From Candidatus Altimarinota bacterium (GTDB lineage Bacteria > Patescibacteriota > Gracilibacteria > UBA1369 > GCA-2718715): 64,000 nucleotides of DNA. A program made the position numbers and the translations under genes. The notes beneath the pieces are model-generated. The model had not been told where the DNA came from and searched no databases. It saw only the letters and a list, made by a program, of their open reading frames with translations. Position 1 is the stretch's first letter, and each line of letters begins with the position of its first letter. The DNA lies in the NCBI GenBank assembly GCA_041242255.1, contig JBESAV010000001.1, forward strand, positions 936,478-1,000,477. The letters are read 5' to 3'. Shown piece by piece: positions 61,395 through 64,000 of the stretch.

Positions 61395-61955
61395 ATGCAA
61401 CATCTAGTATTCTACGGAATTCAAGGTTCAGGAAAGGGTACACAAGCAAAGCTTTTAGAAAAAGACTACAACTATGTAGTCTTTTCTACTGGAAATGAGC
61501 TTCGCCAAAATGTACAAGATCAAACTGAACTAGGAAAAAAAGTTGAACCAATCATTAATTCAGGTCAGCATGTATCTGATGAGATAATTGTTGAACTAGT
61601 TCAAGAATTCTTCAAAAAAAACAAAGACAAAAAAATCATCTTCGATGGCGTAATCCGAAATACCAATCAATACAAAACCATCCAAAAGTTCTTCGATGAA
61701 CACAATTTACAAACCAAAGCAGTTTACTTAGACTTAGATAAAGAATCCGCTATCCAAAGAATTTTAGATAGAGCTGAAAAAGAAGGTCGAAAAGACGACA
61801 ACATAGACTCAGCTAAAAAACGTATAGATTTATTCTTCGAAAAAACAATGCCAGTAATAGAAGCTTACCCAGAAGAACAGATCATCAACGTTAACGCTAA
61901 ACAATCTATCCAGGATGTTTACGCTGAACTTAAACAAAAGCTAAACTTATCATAA
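61395..61955 (+). CDS. adk: Adenylate kinase (short-LID type)
   Basis: GIQGSGKGTQA, STG, FDG..R, GRKDD. Confidence 0.9.
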   Translation: MQHLVFYGIQGSGKGTQAKLLEKDYNYVVFSTGNELRQNVQDQTELGKKVEPIINSGQHVSDEIIVELVQEFFKKNKDKKIIFDGVIRNTNQYKTIQKFFDEHNLQTKAVYLDLDKESAIQRILDRAEKEGRKDDNIDSAKKRIDLFFEKTMPVIEAYPEEQIINVNAKQSIQDVYAELKQKLNLS

Positions 61956-62716
61956 TGAGCCTTATCAAAACTCCAGATCAAATCCAAGCAATTACTGAAT
62001 CTAGTAAAATTCTGAGTCAAACTCATGAACTCCTAGAAACATTAGTTAAACCTGGAATCACACCTCTGGAGTTAGATAAAACTGCTGAAGAAAAAATCAG
62101 ATCCTTAGGAGGTAAACCAGCCTTTAAAGGTTTCCATGGATTCCCAAATAGTATTTGTTCATCAGTTAACGATACAGTCGTTCACGGAATTCCAAACAAT
62201 AAACCTCTAAAAGAAGGTGATGTTATCACTATCGATTGCGGAGTTTATTACAAAGATATGTATAGTGATTCAGCCATCACTCTTCCAGTAGGAAAGATTG
62301 ATAAAGAATCACAAGACTTCATCAACTACAATCAGGAAACACTCTATCAAGCTATAAAAATGATAGAACCAGGTACATATACTGGAGACATAGGTCATTT
62401 CATAGAACAAAGAACAAAAGATGCCGGGTACCACATCTTTCATGATTTGATTGGACACGGAATTGGTCTCACTTTACACGAAAAACCAGAAGTTCCTAAC
62501 TTCGGAAAACCAAGAAAAGGAACTAAACTAAAACCAGGCATGACCATATGCATTGAGCCAATTGTAGGTATGACCACTGGAGAATATATAGAGTTCCCAG
62601 ACGGTTGGACTCTCAAATCAAAAGATGGATGCCTCACATGCCAACACGAACACACAGTTCTAATCACAGAAAAAGGTGCAAAAGCACTTACTCAACGCTC
62701 CAACGAAACAATATAG
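61955..62716 (+). CDS. map: Type I methionine aminopeptidase
   Basis: SVNDTVVHGIP, DCG....YSDSA, GHGIG..LHEKP, IEP, HEHT. Confidence 0.96.
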   Translation: MSLIKTPDQIQAITESSKILSQTHELLETLVKPGITPLELDKTAEEKIRSLGGKPAFKGFHGFPNSICSSVNDTVVHGIPNNKPLKEGDVITIDCGVYYKDMYSDSAITLPVGKIDKESQDFINYNQETLYQAIKMIEPGTYTGDIGHFIEQRTKDAGYHIFHDLIGHGIGLTLHEKPEVPNFGKPRKGTKLKPGMTICIEPIVGMTTGEYIEFPDGWTLKSKDGCLTCQHEHTVLITEKGAKALTQRSNETI

Positions 62717-62768
62717 TTTCATCTATATTCATATTTCAATAAAAACAACTTGAAATCCTAAAAACACC

Positions 62769-62797
62769 TTGCAATAACCCAATATGTCTATTAAAAT
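62769..62797 (+). promoter_or_regulatory. infA/alpha-operon promoter
   Basis: TTGCAA-N17-TAAAAT followed by hairpin GGGCTATTT/AAATAGGCCC. Confidence 0.6.
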
Positions 62798-62850
62798 CCA
62801 GGGGCTATTTTTGGTAAAATAGGCCCAAAATTTAAACTAAAACACAATTT

Positions 62851-63162
62851 ATGGCTAAAGAAGACAAAATTGAACTTTATGGAATCGTTGAAGAATGCCT
62901 TCCAGGCACAACTTTCCGAATTAAATTAGCTGGCCAAACTAATACCATAATTGCAACATTATCTGGAAAAATGAAGATCAATCGTATCCGAATTTTACCA
63001 GCTGATTATGTAACTGTTGAGCTTTCCCCATATGATCTTACAAAAGGTCGTATAACTTACAGACATACTCAGAAACCTGAGGATTTCGACGGAGCATCTG
63101 CAACCGAAGAGAGCGATAGTTCAGACTCTTCTGCGGATCAAGAAAAATCCGACGAAAACTAA
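62851..63162 (+). CDS. infA: Translation initiation factor IF-1 with acidic C-terminal extension
   Basis: [32 protein letters not shown]. Confidence 0.96.
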   Translation: MAKEDKIELYGIVEECLPGTTFRIKLAGQTNTIIATLSGKMKINRIRILPADYVTVELSPYDLTKGRITYRHTQKPEDFDGASATEESDSSDSSADQEKSDEN

Positions 63163-63218
63163 TAAATATCCTCCGCGGCAATTAGGCAGGATATAAAAAC
63201 AAACTAATTTTCATTATC

Positions 63219-63368
63219 ATGAAAGTAAAAGCATCAGTAAAAAAACGTTGTAACAATTGTAAAGTTGTTATTCGTACCAGAACAAAACTTAAGAAAGGAA
63301 GAAAGAAAAAAGTTCGTTCTGTAGTCATCATCTGTGATGACAAACGCCACAAACAAAGGCAAGGTTAA
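63219..63368 (+). CDS. rpmJ: 50S ribosomal protein L36 (49 aa, with insertion; not in ORF track)
   Basis: MKVKASVKKRCNNCKVVIRTRTKLKKGRKKKVRSVVIICDDKRHKQRQG*; lies between infA and rpsM. Confidence 0.95.
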   Translation: MKVKASVKKRCNNCKVVIRTRTKLKKGRKKKVRSVVIICDDKRHKQRQG

Positions 63369-63390
63369 AGATATTTAATTTTACATTAAT

Positions 63391-63756
63391 ATGGCAAGAA
63401 TCGCCGGTGTAAATCTTCCAAAACAAAAGAGAATCGTTATAGCACTTACTTACGTTACTGGAATCGGTAAGTCTACAGCACAAGATCTTCTTGAAAAACT
63501 TGGAATAGATGAAAACACCAAAGCACAAGATCTATCTGAAAGCCAAATTGTTAAACTTAGAGAAGAAGTCTCTAAACTAACGGTTGAAGGTGATCTTAGA
63601 AGAAACACATCTATGAACATCAAAAGACTCCAAGAAATTGGGTCTTATAGAGGTTATAGACATAGAAAAGGCCTACCAGTAAGAGGTCAAAAAACCAAAA
63701 GAAATGCTCGTACCAGAAAAGGTAAAAAGAAAACAGTAGCAAATAAGAAGAAATAA
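63391..63756 (+). CDS. rpsM: 30S ribosomal protein S13
   Basis: [32 protein letters not shown]. Confidence 0.99.
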   Translation: MARIAGVNLPKQKRIVIALTYVTGIGKSTAQDLLEKLGIDENTKAQDLSESQIVKLREEVSKLTVEGDLRRNTSMNIKRLQEIGSYRGYRHRKGLPVRGQKTKRNARTRKGKKKTVANKKK

Positions 63757-63759
63757 TAT

Positions 63760-64000
63760 ATGGCTAAAAAAACTACTTCAAAAAAAGTAAAAAAGAGCGT
63801 ACCACATGGAAAAGCATTTATTCAATGTTCTTTCAACAACACTCTAGTTACAATCACTGATCAAGAAGGTCAGACAGTTGCATGGAGCAGCTCAGGAAGC
63901 AACGGCTTCAAAGGTTCAAGAAAATCAACTCCATACGCAGCACAAGTTGCAGCTGAAAATGCTGTAGAAAAAGCAAAAATCCATGGACTTGAAAAAGTTG
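63760..64000 (+). CDS. rpsK: 30S ribosomal protein S11 (partial, runs off the window)
   Basis: [34 protein letters not shown]. Confidence 0.97.
   Translation, partial: MAKKTTSKKVKKSVPHGKAFIQCSFNNTLVTITDQEGQTVAWSSSGSNGFKGSRKSTPYAAQVAAENAVEKAKIHGLEKV

Noticed and set aside
255-63192. GGCAGGA occurring at ~260, 45725 and 63185 as a possible REP-like repeat
   Set aside because: Only 7 nt shared and the flanks differ; not enough to call a repeat family
737-63528. Numerous 60-135 aa ORFs antisense to or nested in conserved genes (e.g. 30859-31263, 40959-41363, 59023-59388)
   Set aside because: Shadow ORFs arising from codon bias; no motifs or expression signals
1-64000. Genetic code 25 (UGA=Gly) as in Gracilibacteria/Absconditabacteria
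   Set aside because: All conserved genes are intact under code 11, and TGA ends genes at sensible positions (e.g. 6816, 9927, 25607, 40488)
1-64000. tRNA, rRNA, CRISPR array, IS or prophage
   Set aside because: No cloverleaf, rRNA-like tract, spaced direct repeats, transposase or integrase recognised by eye

Overview
64-kb core-genome window from a low-GC, reduced-genome bacterium. It looks most like Patescibacteria/CPR, Peregrinibacteria-like: rpmD (L30) is missing from the spc cluster, HrcA and ComEC are short, there are SLH proteins, and most genes lack a Shine-Dalgarno sequence. TGA acts as a stop, so the code is 11 rather than Gracilibacteria code 25. The taxonomy is inference. The first half holds housekeeping and envelope genes (nitroreductase, dTMP-kinase-like, DEAD helicase, ogt, comEC, LCP-Dac-mraY, ECF sigma/anti-sigma, aldolase, rsmH, tsaC, gap) and a split heat-shock locus (hrcA-grpE ... 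CIRCE-dnaK). The second half holds serS, rpoBC and a fragmented str/S10/spc/alpha cluster interrupted by orphan, SLH, helicase and amidase genes. No rRNA, tRNA, CRISPR or mobile element was seen. Main points of interest: (1) two unannotated small-protein transcription units of parallel design between grpE and dnaK; (2) terminator/antiterminator (attenuator-like) leaders before rpoB and a stand-alone rpsJ, the latter with a 13-codon leader ORF; (3) a remodelled ribosome (no L29 or L30 gene in place, L36 with a 12-aa basic insert, extended S14, Lys-rich tails on L22 and S5); (4) an extreme C>G skew on the strand carrying rpoBC and the r-protein genes; (5) a short motif shared by several orphan proteins. 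All pairings and motifs were read by eye.
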